Source: an uncultured Desulfobacula sp. (GTDB taxonomy: Bacteria > Desulfobacterota > Desulfobacteria > Desulfobacterales > Desulfobacteraceae). Taken from it: a stretch of DNA of 56,445 bases. The stretch covers positions 1 to 56,445 of the forward strand of contig CAZAHK010000001.1 of the NCBI GenBank assembly GCA_964484555.1. Direction: 5' to 3'. Made by a program: the position numbers and the translations under genes. The notes beneath the pieces are model-generated. The model saw only the letters and a list, made by a program, of their open reading frames with translations, searched no databases and had not been told where the DNA came from. Shown here in pieces: positions 38,357 through 49,251 of this stretch (positions within the stretch are counted from its first letter, which is position 1; every line of letters begins with the position of its first letter).

Positions 38357-39063
38357 TCCTCCATTTGCTTTTGGATATCACGTTCCATTATATTTAAGAC
38401 ATCTGAAGAAAAACTCTGCATCTCAGAATCCAGAACCCGAATCCGATCATTAAAGAAATTATATGCAATTACTGAAGGGATGGCCACTGCCAATCCTGCT
38501 GCCGTTGCCACCAAGGCTTCGGAAATACCGGGAGCAACAACGGCAAGACTTGCGGAACCGCTCAAACCAATTCCCTGAAAAGTATCCATAATCCCCCAGA
38601 CCGTTCCGAAAAGACCGATAAACGGGGCTGTATTTCCTGCCGTTGCAAGAAAGGGGACCAATTGAACCAATCGTCGATTTTCAACATTCATGGATCGTTT
38701 CAAAGATCGGTTAATGCTTCCAATGTTCTGTAAATAGGTCCCTTCTGTTTTTTTTAAGCTTGTTTTTCTGGTTTCCTTGCCGTCGGACCTTGCCATTTCC
38801 ATATAGGCAGCAATGAAAATTCTTGCCAGGGGACTCGATCTTAATGCCTTTGCCTTTGAAAATGCATCGGCAAGGTTCCGGCATTGCCAGAAAATATCCG
38901 TAAAATCAGTTGAATCTTTAAATGCTTTTCGGATATACCTGATCTTTATAAAGATTATCGCCCATGATGTTATTGAAAAAAACAGCAGCAGCAGCATAAT
39001 GAACTTAACAATCGGACCTGCTTCACTCAGCATATAAAACAGCCCAATACTTTCAGTGGACAT
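38353..39063 (-). CDS. tolQ: TolQ
   Basis: APFIGLFGTVWGIM, VAPGISEALVATAAGL. Confidence 0.96.
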   Translation of the reverse strand: MSTESIGLFYMLSEAGPIVKFIMLLLLFFSITSWAIIFIKIRYIRKAFKDSTDFTDIFWQCRNLADAFSKAKALRSSPLARIFIAAYMEMARSDGKETRKTSLKKTEGTYLQNIGSINRSLKRSMNVENRRLVQLVPFLATAGNTAPFIGLFGTVWGIMDTFQGIGLSGSASLAVVAPGISEALVATAAGLAVAIPSVIAYNFFNDRIRVLDSEMQSFSSDVLNIMERDIQKQMEE

Positions 39064-39213
39064 ATAACCTCTCTTACAGCTTACCTTCCTGATATGTGTA
39101 AAACAAAAAAATCATAGACTTTAGTATACGAGCAGACTTTCCATGTCAAGTTCTTATTAAACCCTTTTCTCTTGAGATAAAAGGCTTTAATCCTCCATCC
39201 CGCTCAAATGATA

Positions 39214-39245
39214 AGGCTCCTACACAATAAATTATGCAGGAGCCT
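39214..39245 (-). terminator. Stem-loop after groL
   Basis: AGGCTCCT / AGGAGCCT inverted repeat. Confidence 0.55.
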
Positions 39246-39283
39246 AAATAAACTCAAATGAATCGGGTCATTTTAATGACGGA

Positions 39284-40957
<1,674 letters not shown>

Positions 40958-40969
40958 TTATTCGTATGG

Positions 40970-41263
40970 TTATTCAATAACTCCAAGAACATCATCCTGA
41001 CGTAAGATAAGATAATCCGAACCGTCGATTTTCACTTCAGTTCCGCCGTATTTGCTGAAAAGAACACGATCACCGACTTTTACATCCATGGGGAGAAGTT
41101 TTCCATCTTCACCCATCCGGCCGTTGCCTGCAGCCACGACTTTTCCCTCTACCGGTTTTTCTTTTGCCGTGTCCGGGATGATAATACCGCCTTTTGTTTT
41201 AACATCCTCTTCCACACGCTGAACCAGAATCCTATCACTTAGTGGTCTCAAACTCATGATCAA
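40970..41263 (-). CDS. groS: Co-chaperonin GroES
   Basis: [29 protein letters not shown]. Confidence 0.99.
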   Translation of the reverse strand: MIMSLRPLSDRILVQRVEEDVKTKGGIIIPDTAKEKPVEGKVVAAGNGRMGEDGKLLPMDVKVGDRVLFSKYGGTEVKIDGSDYLILRQDDVLGVIE

Positions 41264-41329
41264 TTTCTCCTTTACATACTATTTGTTGCGTTAATGTATT
41301 TGGTGTATTTATCTTGAGGTTCTGCTCGT

Positions 41330-41596
41330 TTAGTCTGAATCTTTTGCAGAAACCTTTTTTAATTCGCTGGATGATGTATCGGTTTTTGTCTCTGGTTTTG
41401 TTTCACTCCCTGTTTTTGCTCCACCATAATCAGTAACATACCAGCCCGACCCTTTAAGATGAAATGAACTTTGTGAAATGAGTTTGCTCAAATTACCCTT
41501 GCAATGAGAACAAGTCGTTCGAACCGGATCTGATATTTTATGAAACACCTCTTCTATTTTCCCGCAATCTTTACATTGATACTCGTAAACCGGCAT
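41330..41596 (-). CDS. FmdB-family zinc-ribbon protein
   Basis: MPVYEYQCKDCG, CSHC, FHLKGSGWYVTDY. Confidence 0.92.
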   Translation of the reverse strand: MPVYEYQCKDCGKIEEVFHKISDPVRTTCSHCKGNLSKLISQSSFHLKGSGWYVTDYGGAKTGSETKPETKTDTSSSELKKVSAKDSD

Positions 41597-41703
41597 TTTT
41601 CTAATTCTCCGTTCTTTTTGGTCCTCTCGAAAAATCATTCATAAAATAACTCGCCTTTCTTCCTTGTCAAGAAAGTTTGTTCATATTTTTTTTACCTGGA
41701 ATT

Positions 41704-42231
41704 TCAGAGACCACCTTTGCGCCAATCTTTATAAAATTCAAATACTTTCGCCAACCCGGGAATAGGAAAAGGCTTTAAAATTTCATAGGTCAGGAGATGG
41801 ACCTGTCTTTCTTCGTCCAGAGTGACATCTGCCTCATTTTTATTCTCATAGCGCTGTTTATACTTTGAAAAACGAATAATGTGAATAAGTTCATGGCTGA
41901 GGATATATAAAAGGAAGGGCTCCAGAAGAAAATTTTCCCTTTGAACCGCACAAAGTATGGCCTTGTCCTGAAGGCATATCTTATAAAGAGTGTATGAAGA
42001 CGAACTGAGAGAGGCCTCTATATTCCGCGCTTCATATTTTATCACCTGGGCAAAGGGACCATCCACCTGCTCATGCCCTTCGAGATCCCTGGCGGTCTTA
42101 ATATCATACCGGTTTCGCAACCATTGGCCCGAAGACATCTTAAAATAATTATTCACCAGTTCTTCTGAAATTTTAACAGCCTCTTCCACCTTTAAAAGCT
42201 CTTCTCTATTAAAATATTCAGACTGATACAT
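41704..42231 (-). CDS. Hypothetical protein with HExxH zincin motif
   Basis: ILSHELIHIIRF and downstream EE; no signal peptide. Confidence 0.7.
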   Translation of the reverse strand: MYQSEYFNREELLKVEEAVKISEELVNNYFKMSSGQWLRNRYDIKTARDLEGHEQVDGPFAQVIKYEARNIEASLSSSSYTLYKICLQDKAILCAVQRENFLLEPFLLYILSHELIHIIRFSKYKQRYENKNEADVTLDEERQVHLLTYEILKPFPIPGLAKVFEFYKDWRKGGL

Positions 42232-42261
42232 CCTGTGTCTTTTCCCGTATGAATAAAAAAA

Positions 42262-42291
42262 TGGACATTTGGCACAATCCTATGCTATAGT
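42262..42291 (+). promoter_or_regulatory. Putative sigma-70 promoter (extended -10) of the bS22-like gene
   Basis: TGGACA-18 bp-TATAGT with TG at the extended -10 position. Confidence 0.5.
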
Positions 42292-42346
42292 GCCCAGTCA
42301 ACTCAATCAATTTAAATATAGGCTAAAATAAAAGGAGGTGATTTTT

Positions 42347-42442
42347 TTGAGCAGTGTAATGAAAAAGCGGAGAAAAAAGATGAGGAAGCATAAACATAAA
42401 AAACTCCTTGCCAAAACCAGACACCAGAGAAAGAAAAAATAG
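42347..42442 (+). CDS. bS22/mS38-like (AURKAIP1/COX24 domain) small ribosomal protein, 31 aa
   Basis: AAAGGAGGTG RBS, TTG start, MSSVMKKRRKKMRKHKHKKLLAKTRHQRKKK*; below the ORF-track size cutoff. Confidence 0.9.
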   Translation: MSSVMKKRRKKMRKHKHKKLLAKTRHQRKKK

Positions 42443-42457
42443 CTTTTACCACACCTG

Positions 42458-42500
42458 GAGTATTGAGTTGCAAAAAACTCAACTCAATACTCAACTCTTT
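42458..42500. terminator. Stem-loop between the convergent bS22-like gene and hflC
   Basis: GAGTATTGAGTTG / CAACTCAATACTC, perfect 13-bp inverted repeat. Confidence 0.7.
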
Positions 42501-42503
42501 ATT

Positions 42504-43439
42504 TTACTCTTTTCCAATCCCTTTTAAATACTTCATGAAATCAGAACTGGTTGAAAGGATCAGGGTGGTATCTTTTTTCAATGATTCCCTGTATACTTCC
42601 AGGGATTTCACAAATGAATAAAATTCCGGATCAGCCCCATATGCGCTCGCATAAATTCTTGCAGCTTCAGCATCGGCATCCCCTTTTATTTTCTGAGCGT
42701 TCCTGTATGCCTGGGACTTGATGACCTGGAGTTCTTTCTCCTTTTCTCCGCGGATATTGCTGGCTTCCCCTGCTCCCTCGGCCCTGTATTTTTCCGCGAT
42801 CTGTTTTCTTTCTGCGATCATTCGTTCATAAACAGCCTGCCGTACATTATCGATATAATTAATTCGCTTGATTTTCACATCCACCAGTTCAATACCGAAC
42901 TCTTTTAGTTTTTCACTGGCCTGTTGAACAATGAGCCTTGTAATCTCATCCCTTCCAAGGTTGATTTTATATTGAACCCGCTGAACATTTTCATCAACAT
43001 CATATTCAAATGTATCCATGGACCGGTCTGTATTCCTGACGGTTTCAACCAAAGGATGAGAAGTGATCAGATTCCTTACCGCAGGGTCAATGATCCCATT
43101 CAGGCGGTCAATGGCATAGGTCTCATTGTTCACGGTCTGAATAAATTTTACCGGATCGACAATTTTCCAACGGGCAAAGCTGTCCACATAGATATAGGTT
43201 TTATCCTGGGTCGGCACCTGGCCGGGGATCCCATTCCAGGTTAAGAGGTTTTTAGCGAAAATATTGGCCTTTTGAAAAAAAGGCAGCTTGAATTTCAGAC
43301 CCGGACTGGTGATGGGAGCACCCACCACCTTACCAAATTGAGTGATGACCACCTGCTCTGTTTCATCAACCATATAAGCTGCATTGTAGGCCAGAAAAAT
43401 ACCTGCTGCAAAAACAATCAAAATTATATTTTTTATCAT
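42504..43439 (-). CDS. hflC: FtsH modulator HflC
   Basis: SPFH domain, VITQFGK, PGLKFKLPF, VYERMIAERK, DPEFYSF. Confidence 0.95.
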   Translation of the reverse strand: MIKNIILIVFAAGIFLAYNAAYMVDETEQVVITQFGKVVGAPITSPGLKFKLPFFQKANIFAKNLLTWNGIPGQVPTQDKTYIYVDSFARWKIVDPVKFIQTVNNETYAIDRLNGIIDPAVRNLITSHPLVETVRNTDRSMDTFEYDVDENVQRVQYKINLGRDEITRLIVQQASEKLKEFGIELVDVKIKRINYIDNVRQAVYERMIAERKQIAEKYRAEGAGEASNIRGEKEKELQVIKSQAYRNAQKIKGDADAEAARIYASAYGADPEFYSFVKSLEVYRESLKKDTTLILSTSSDFMKYLKGIGKE

Positions 43440-43463
43440 ATTATTCCTATCCCGCCTCTCTAT

Positions 43464-44537
43464 TTAAGGGGTCTGGTTCTGGGGAAGCGAAATTCCACCA
43501 CTCATATTTAATAAGGGAAGCACATTTTTCTGGTCGGAATCAATAATATATTTTGTCCCGAGTTTCGGGTAAACCTCCAGCATTGCTTCCAGATAGAGCC
43601 TTTTTTTCGTGATATCCTTGGCTTTTAGATATTCCTGAAAAATAGCCGTATATTTATCAGCATCGCCCTTGGCCCGATTGACTCTGTCAATGGCATACCC
43701 TTCCGCATCCTTTATGACCCGTCTTGCTTCCCCTCGGGCCAGCGGCACTGCCTGATTATATTCTTCCCTTGCCTTATAGATGGTTTGCTCTTTTTCCTGG
43801 GTGGCCTGGTTTACCTCATTAAAGGAGGGCTGAACCGGATCAGGAACATTTGTTTTTTTCATCTCAATGGTAATGACGCTGATACCGGACTGGGCCCGGT
43901 CCATCTCTTTTTGAAGAATCTCCCTTGCCGCAATGGCAATTTCCTCCCGTTTGCTGATGACCTCATTGATGCTCCGGTCACCGACAATGGTCCTCATGGT
44001 GGCTTCGGACATGTCACGCAGGATAGCCCGAACATCCTTGATTTTAAACAGATAATCCAGAGGGTTTGAGATTCTGTATTGGACAATCCAGGGAACCACT
44101 GCAACATTCAGATCCCCGGTCAGCATCAGAGGCGTTTCCTGGGAAGCGCTTTCATTGCCCGGTGTGTAATTGGCCGTTGTCTTCTCGGTATCAAGCCCGA
44201 ATTCTTCCTGGTATACCCTTTTCACCTTAACTTTTGTGATTTTTTCAATCCCGGTCGGAAATTTAAAATTCAATCCGGGTTGGGCCGTCCTGCTGTACTT
44301 CCCAAATCGCTGAATAACCCCGACCTCGTCGGTTGCAATCGTAAAAACGCTTGAAACAGCCAAAAGGGCAAACAGAAGCAAAAGAGCAATAGGCACGATG
44401 CCTGATTTCTTAAGATTTCTGAATCGCTCCACCAGTTCATCCATCTGGGGTGGTTTAGGCATGCCCATTCCGCCGCCTTCTTTTTTGTTCTCGTATTTCT
44501 GCTGATTTTCTCTTAATTTATCCCAATCCCAATTCAT
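43464..44537 (-). CDS. hflK: FtsH modulator HflK
   Basis: MLTGDLN, VQYRISNP, ARGEA, RLYLEAM. Confidence 0.95.
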   Translation of the reverse strand: MNWDWDKLRENQQKYENKKEGGGMGMPKPPQMDELVERFRNLKKSGIVPIALLLLFALLAVSSVFTIATDEVGVIQRFGKYSRTAQPGLNFKFPTGIEKITKVKVKRVYQEEFGLDTEKTTANYTPGNESASQETPLMLTGDLNVAVVPWIVQYRISNPLDYLFKIKDVRAILRDMSEATMRTIVGDRSINEVISKREEIAIAAREILQKEMDRAQSGISVITIEMKKTNVPDPVQPSFNEVNQATQEKEQTIYKAREEYNQAVPLARGEARRVIKDAEGYAIDRVNRAKGDADKYTAIFQEYLKAKDITKKRLYLEAMLEVYPKLGTKYIIDSDQKNVLPLLNMSGGISLPQNQTP

Positions 44538-44724
44538 AAATAATGTCCTGTCTCTTGATTTCTTTAAAGTATAATGCTTGAAATATAGTCATATTTATAT
44601 GGATCAACCCTAAAAGGCAATATTTTTTTGGAATTTGCTCGTCTGTAAAAATTTTTAAACAGACTCGGCCTTGTATTTTTGGGTATATCCAATAAGAATT
44701 ATATGATATGGAATAGAGGGTCTC

Positions 44725-45066
44725 ATGGCAATCAAGGATATATTCAAATTGGACAAAAAGAATAAAAGCAACCTGATTCATATCAGTGATATTTTAAATT
44801 CAGCGCTGGGAAAATTCAGACCGGCTCATGACACATGGATGATGCGGATCTGGGATATCTGGGAAGCTGCTGTGGGCAAACCCATTGCCATGAATGCCAA
44901 ACCCGATTCCTTCAAGGATGGAATCCTCATCGTGAATGTATCAAGTTCCACATGGATTCATCAGCTCACATTTCTTGAAAAGGAAATGATCCTGAATATC
45001 AACAATCACCTCGACCAACCCCTGGTCAAAAAAATCAGGTTTAAAATTGGAAAAATTCTCGGTTGA
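44725..45066 (+). CDS. DUF721/DciA-family protein
   Basis: IWEAAVGKPIAMNAKP, GILIVNVSSSTWIHQL, VKKIRFKIG. Confidence 0.88.
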   Translation: MAIKDIFKLDKKNKSNLIHISDILNSALGKFRPAHDTWMMRIWDIWEAAVGKPIAMNAKPDSFKDGILIVNVSSSTWIHQLTFLEKEMILNINNHLDQPLVKKIRFKIGKILG

Positions 45067-45763
45067 GGACGCCCATCAACTCACTATCTCCCAACCGGAA
45101 AATGGGTATCGTTTTTCCCTGGACTCATTGATTCTTGCAGCCCATATCCACCCCAAAGGCAATGAAACCGTTATGGATCTGGGATGCGGATGCGGGATCA
45201 TTTCTCTTATCCTGGCCCGGAGATATCCGGATCTGAAAATTACAGGCATTGAGATCCAGGAAGAATTGTATGATTTTGCCCGGAGAAACATTCTTGCCAA
45301 CGGTTTTGAAAAAAATATCCGTGTTCTTTGTGAGGATATCAGAACCTTTCAATCGGCCAAAATAGATACCGGGGTTGATATCATTGTTTCCAATCCCCCC
45401 TACAGGAAACTCGGCACCGGAAGGATGAATCCTGATCCCCAAAGAGCCGTGGCTCGACATGAAACCGCCCTCAGCATTGACGCACTGGTTGAATGTTCAA
45501 ACCGTCTGATCAGGGAGCAAGGCCTCTTATGTGTCATTTTCCCCTTTGATCGGCTGCCGGACCTGTCCATGGCCCTTACCCGGCATCAGTTTTATCCTGA
45601 ATTGATCCGGCCCATTCATACCAAGCCCGGCACAAAAGCAAGACGCGTCATTGTCCGAGCCGTGAAAACCCACAGAATACCTTGTTCTTTATCCTCCCCT
45701 CTTTTTATCTATACCCCGGAAAATAAATTTACCAAAGAATATCTTTCCCTGTTTAGATCTTGA
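45047..45763 (+). CDS. tRNA1(Val) adenine-37 N6-methyltransferase-like
   Basis: GYRFSLDSLILA, DLGCGCG, VSNPPY, ARHE. Confidence 0.88.
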   Translation: MEKFSVEDAHQLTISQPENGYRFSLDSLILAAHIHPKGNETVMDLGCGCGIISLILARRYPDLKITGIEIQEELYDFARRNILANGFEKNIRVLCEDIRTFQSAKIDTGVDIIVSNPPYRKLGTGRMNPDPQRAVARHETALSIDALVECSNRLIREQGLLCVIFPFDRLPDLSMALTRHQFYPELIRPIHTKPGTKARRVIVRAVKTHRIPCSLSSPLFIYTPENKFTKEYLSLFRS

Positions 45764-45788
45764 CACAATTATAAAAAGATACTATTTT
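45760..45788 (+). promoter_or_regulatory. Putative sigma-70 promoter of tRNA-Ser/dnaX
   Basis: TTGACA-17 bp-TATTTT. Confidence 0.5.
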
Positions 45789-45809
45789 GCCCTGAATCAG
45801 AATTAATGC

Positions 45810-45901
45810 GGAGAGGTGGCCGAGCTGGCTGAAGGTGCACGCCTGGAAAGCGTGTGTACTCCAAAAGGGTACCGAGGGTTCGAATCCCTCCTTCTCCGCC
45901 A
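45810..45901 (+). tRNA. tRNA-Ser(GGA)
   Basis: Acceptor GGAGAGG/CTTCTCC, anticodon arm CACGC-CTGGAAA-GCGTG, long variable arm, GGTTCGAATCC T-loop, G discriminator, encoded CCA. Confidence 0.97.
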
Positions 45902-45919
45902 CTAACCATATCGGACAGC

Positions 45920-47584
45920 ATGTCATACCAAGTATTAGCACTCAAATACCGCCCCCAGACCTTTGATGATGTGATAGGACAGAATCATGTCATAACTACC
46001 CTTAAAAATGCCGTTTCCTCGGACCGGGTAGCCCATGCCATTCTTTTTACAGGCCCCAGGGGTACAGGAAAAACCACTATTGCCCGGATTTTAGCCAAGG
46101 CCATGAACTGTAAAAACGGCCCTTCGGCTTTTCCCTGCAACACTTGCCGGATCTGTAAGGATATTATCGAAGGACACTGCACCGATGTCTTTGAAATCGA
46201 CGGGGCCTCCAATAACAGTGTGGATCAGGTCCGGGACTTGAGGGAAAACGTCACTTATATGCCTTCATCGGCAAAATATAAAATATATATTATTGATGAA
46301 GTGCATATGCTTTCCACGGCAGCGTTTAACGCCCTTCTCAAAACCCTTGAGGAACCCCCCGGCCATGTGATGTTCATATTTGCCACCACCGAGGTGCATA
46401 AGATTCCATCAACCATCTTGTCCCGATGTCAGCGGCACGACCTGATCCGGATTCCGGTTGAATTAATTTCAGGCCACCTGAAACGCCTTTGTATGAAAGA
46501 AGGCTTTCTTATAAAAGACGAAAGCATTGATCTCATTGCCCGTGAAGCAGACGGCTCCATACGGGATGGATTAAGTCTTCTGGACAGGATACTGTCTTCA
46601 ACGACAAATAAAGAAATTGACTCCCAATGGGTCCTGAATGCCCTTGGCGTAATAGATCATCAGGTGATGCACGATATCTGCACCGCCATATTGAAAAAAA
46701 ATGGGGCGAAGCTTATTGAAATCATAGAACAGGTCAATGATTCAGGAATTGATCTGAAAAAATTTTATGCCGATATCCTTCTCTATTTCAGAAATTTCAG
46801 CGTGATCCGGCTATGCGGACGGCAAAGCCCTGCCGTCAATATTGCAGAATCAGAAAAAGAACTCTTGTTTCAAAGGGCCTCCGATGTCCCCATGGCAAAT
46901 ATACAGGCCATCCTGGAAACCCTTTTAGAAGAGGAAAACCTTGTGAGGTATTCCTCTCATACCCGGATTGCCATTGAAATGGTCCTGCTTAAACTCGTGC
47001 AGATGGATACCGGAGCCGGGATTGATCACATCATTCATCAGTTGGACGCTCTTGCCAAACAGATCAACGCCATGGCATCGGACTCCGGATCGGAGCCCCT
47101 GCCTCAGCCGGAATCAGGACCGCGTCCCTTAAGGGGGGAAGAAAAACCGCTGCCGGCTGAAAAAACTCCGGATATATCCCGGGAATCTGTTCCGGACCGG
47201 AACTATTCTCAGGATTCTTCCTCAGTATCCGAGCAAAACACCTGGGAGAATTTTTTAAAAAAAATAGAACAAACCCAGCCCTTTATTTTTGCCCTTCTCA
47301 CAAAGGGGTCTGTCAAAGAAAACCCCCATGGTGAAATCATTGTTGAACTTGAAAACTGTTCTTCTTTTGATAAAAACAGGCTTGAAAACAGAGAAAACGA
47401 ACTAAAGCACCTGTGTAGGGAATTTCTTGGAAAAAATCTGACCCTTAAAATAATATTGCAGGACAACAGACCCAATGACTCCCTTGAGCAAAAAAATGAA
47501 ATCAAAGCCCGGCAGGCTGCCTTAAACCATCCCCTGGTGGTTGAAGCCCAGCGGCTCTTTAACGGAGAAATCATTAATTCTTAA
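45920..47584 (+). CDS. dnaX: DNA polymerase III subunit gamma/tau
   Basis: True start MSYQVLALKYRPQTF at 45920; GPRGTGKTT, zinc Cys cluster, IIDEVHML, SRCQ. Confidence 0.97.
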   Translation: MSYQVLALKYRPQTFDDVIGQNHVITTLKNAVSSDRVAHAILFTGPRGTGKTTIARILAKAMNCKNGPSAFPCNTCRICKDIIEGHCTDVFEIDGASNNSVDQVRDLRENVTYMPSSAKYKIYIIDEVHMLSTAAFNALLKTLEEPPGHVMFIFATTEVHKIPSTILSRCQRHDLIRIPVELISGHLKRLCMKEGFLIKDESIDLIAREADGSIRDGLSLLDRILSSTTNKEIDSQWVLNALGVIDHQVMHDICTAILKKNGAKLIEIIEQVNDSGIDLKKFYADILLYFRNFSVIRLCGRQSPAVNIAESEKELLFQRASDVPMANIQAILETLLEEENLVRYSSHTRIAIEMVLLKLVQMDTGAGIDHIIHQLDALAKQINAMASDSGSEPLPQPESGPRPLRGEEKPLPAEKTPDISRESVPDRNYSQDSSSVSEQNTWENFLKKIEQTQPFIFALLTKGSVKENPHGEIIVELENCSSFDKNRLENRENELKHLCREFLGKNLTLKIILQDNRPNDSLEQKNEIKARQAALNHPLVVEAQRLFNGEIINS

Positions 47585-47597
47585 AAGGATCTAAATC

Positions 47598-47909
47598 ATG
47601 ATGAACAATATGCACGCAATGATGAAACAGGCCCAGAAACTCCAGAAAAAAATGCTGCAAACCCAGCAGGAAATGGCCACAAAGACCATTGAAGCTTCAT
47701 CCGGCGGCGGCATGGTCAAGGTTGTGGCCAATGGGGCCCAGAAAATCGAATCCATTGTCCTTGAAAAAGAAGTGGTGAACCCCGATGATATTGAAATGCT
47801 TCAAGACCTTGTTCTGGCGGCAGTTAATGATGCATTGGCCAAATCCCAGGAAATGGTCTCGTCTGAAATGGGCAAACTGACCGGCGGATTAAATATTCCC
47901 GGTTTTTAA
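47598..47909 (+). CDS. ybaB: YbaB/EbfC nucleoid-associated protein
   Basis: MMKQAQKLQ, SGGGMVKV, EMLQDLVLAAVNDA. Confidence 0.95.
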   Translation: MMNNMHAMMKQAQKLQKKMLQTQQEMATKTIEASSGGGMVKVVANGAQKIESIVLEKEVVNPDDIEMLQDLVLAAVNDALAKSQEMVSSEMGKLTGGLNIPGF

Positions 47910-47916
47910 CCCTGCC

Positions 47917-48516
47917 ATGACCCACTATCCTGAACCGATCATAAAACTGATTCAAAGCCTGTCCAGGCTTCCCGGCATAGGTAAAAAGACGGCGGAAAGG
48001 CTGACCCTTCACATCCTTCATGCCTCACCCGGGGAAGCGGCAACCCTGGCAGCCGATATTATCGAGCTGAAAAGCAATATCCGGCTTTGTGAAATCTGTT
48101 TCTCCTTCAGCGATCAGGAAAGATGCCGGATATGCACTGACCCTTCAAGGGACAAATCCCTTATTTGTGTTGTGGAAAATCCAACGGATATGGCCGCCAT
48201 CGAAAAATCAAAGGGATATCACGGTATTTACCATATCCTGGGTGGACTTCTGTCTCCCATTGACGGCATCGGCCCGGATGATATCCGGATCAAAGAACTG
48301 GTGAAAAGAGCTGTCCCCGAAAAAATTAAGGAAATCATCCTGGCTACAAAAACCAATGTGGAAGGGGAGGCAACCGCCTCCTATATCCTGGCAAAACTGA
48401 AAAAAACAAATATCCGGCTCACCCGGATTGCTTCTGGAATTCCCATGGGAGGAGATCTGCAATACATTGATCACCTGACCATGCAAAAAGCCATGGAAAA
48501 AAGATATGGATTCTGA
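47917..48516 (+). CDS. recR: Recombination protein RecR
   Basis: LPGIGKKTAERL, C4 zinc finger, LSPIDGIGP, EGEATA. Confidence 0.97.
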   Translation: MTHYPEPIIKLIQSLSRLPGIGKKTAERLTLHILHASPGEAATLAADIIELKSNIRLCEICFSFSDQERCRICTDPSRDKSLICVVENPTDMAAIEKSKGYHGIYHILGGLLSPIDGIGPDDIRIKELVKRAVPEKIKEIILATKTNVEGEATASYILAKLKKTNIRLTRIASGIPMGGDLQYIDHLTMQKAMEKRYGF

Positions 48517-48934
48517 ACAACCGACTACCGGGGATGATATTTTCTCATGCCGCCAATGCGGTGATTGCTGTAAAGGATTCGGCGGAACCTATGTCACGGC
48601 ACTGGATATCGGCCGGATATCGGCCTATATCGGTTTTGATCCGGACCGATTTTCTGCCCGGTATTGTGAAAAATCCGGATCAAGGCATGTCCTGGCCTGC
48701 GGCAAAGAGGGTTACTGTATTTTTTTTGATCGGGAAAAACAATGCACCATTCATCCGGTCAAGCCCTATATGTGCAAATCCTGGCCATTTATTGAGGCCG
48801 TCATCCGCCATCCTGAAAACTGGAATATGATGGCGAATTCATGTCCGGGAATGAAAAAAGACATCCCCAAAGAAGTCCTGAAAAAAATCGTAACCCGTGA
48901 AAGAGATAATCTGAATATATCCATCTCAAAATGA
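48506..48934 (+). CDS. YkgJ-family cysteine-cluster protein
   Basis: CRQCGDCC, CIFFD, CTIHPVKPYMCKSWPF, CPG. Confidence 0.88.
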   Translation: MDSEQPTTGDDIFSCRQCGDCCKGFGGTYVTALDIGRISAYIGFDPDRFSARYCEKSGSRHVLACGKEGYCIFFDREKQCTIHPVKPYMCKSWPFIEAVIRHPENWNMMANSCPGMKKDIPKEVLKKIVTRERDNLNISISK

Positions 48935-48946
48935 TTTTCAGATTAA

Positions 48947-49248
48947 TCAATGGATATCCCTCAGGCGGATAAATTTTACCCTCATCCCCTTTTTTTGGAA
49001 CCTGACAATTTCTCCCAGAATTTTATAGCTTTTCCGGCTGGAAGGCACCTCAAATTTTACCGATATCTTTTCTCCGACGTAAAAAGACCGGCTGGTTTCA
49101 ATGAACATCCCGCACCGGCTGATATCCCTGATAAGATCAACAGCAGATGCCTTCTCTATCTCAGGATCAAAAAAGACAGCCCATGGCGCCTTGCTCCATC
49201 ATAACCGGTTGCGTCCAATTGCTTGAGAAGAGCTAACTGCTGTTCCAT
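48947..49248 (-). pseudogene. Frameshifted PilZ-domain gene downstream of motB
   Basis: ATG 49248 gives MEQQLALLKQLDATGYDGARRHGLSF, then TAG at 49158-49156. The -1 frame continues FDPEIEKASAVDLIRDISRCGMFIETS...ILGEIVRFQKKGMRVKF to TGA 48947. Confidence 0.75.
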
Positions 49249-49251
49249 GTC

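Noticed and set aside
41264-41703. CIRCE element upstream of groES
   Set aside because: No TTAGCACTC-N9-GAGTGCTAA found
42270-42286. Sigma-54 promoter TGGCACAATCCTATGC
   Set aside because: GG to GC spacing is 11 rather than the required 10; an extended -10 sigma-70 reading fits better
42312-42494. 60-aa minus-strand ORF
   Set aside because: Antisense to the bS22-like gene, which has the RBS and family motif
45902-45919. SRP RNA (ffs) or an integrated element after tRNA-Ser
   Set aside because: Only 18 bp separate the tRNA from dnaX; no integrase or repeated tRNA 3' end was seen
45753-45941. ORFs overlapping the tRNA, including the 45854 dnaX start
   Set aside because: Artefacts of the tRNA-Ser sequence; dnaX starts at 45920
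48950-49204. 84-aa plus-strand ORF
   Set aside because: Antisense to the frameshifted PilZ gene
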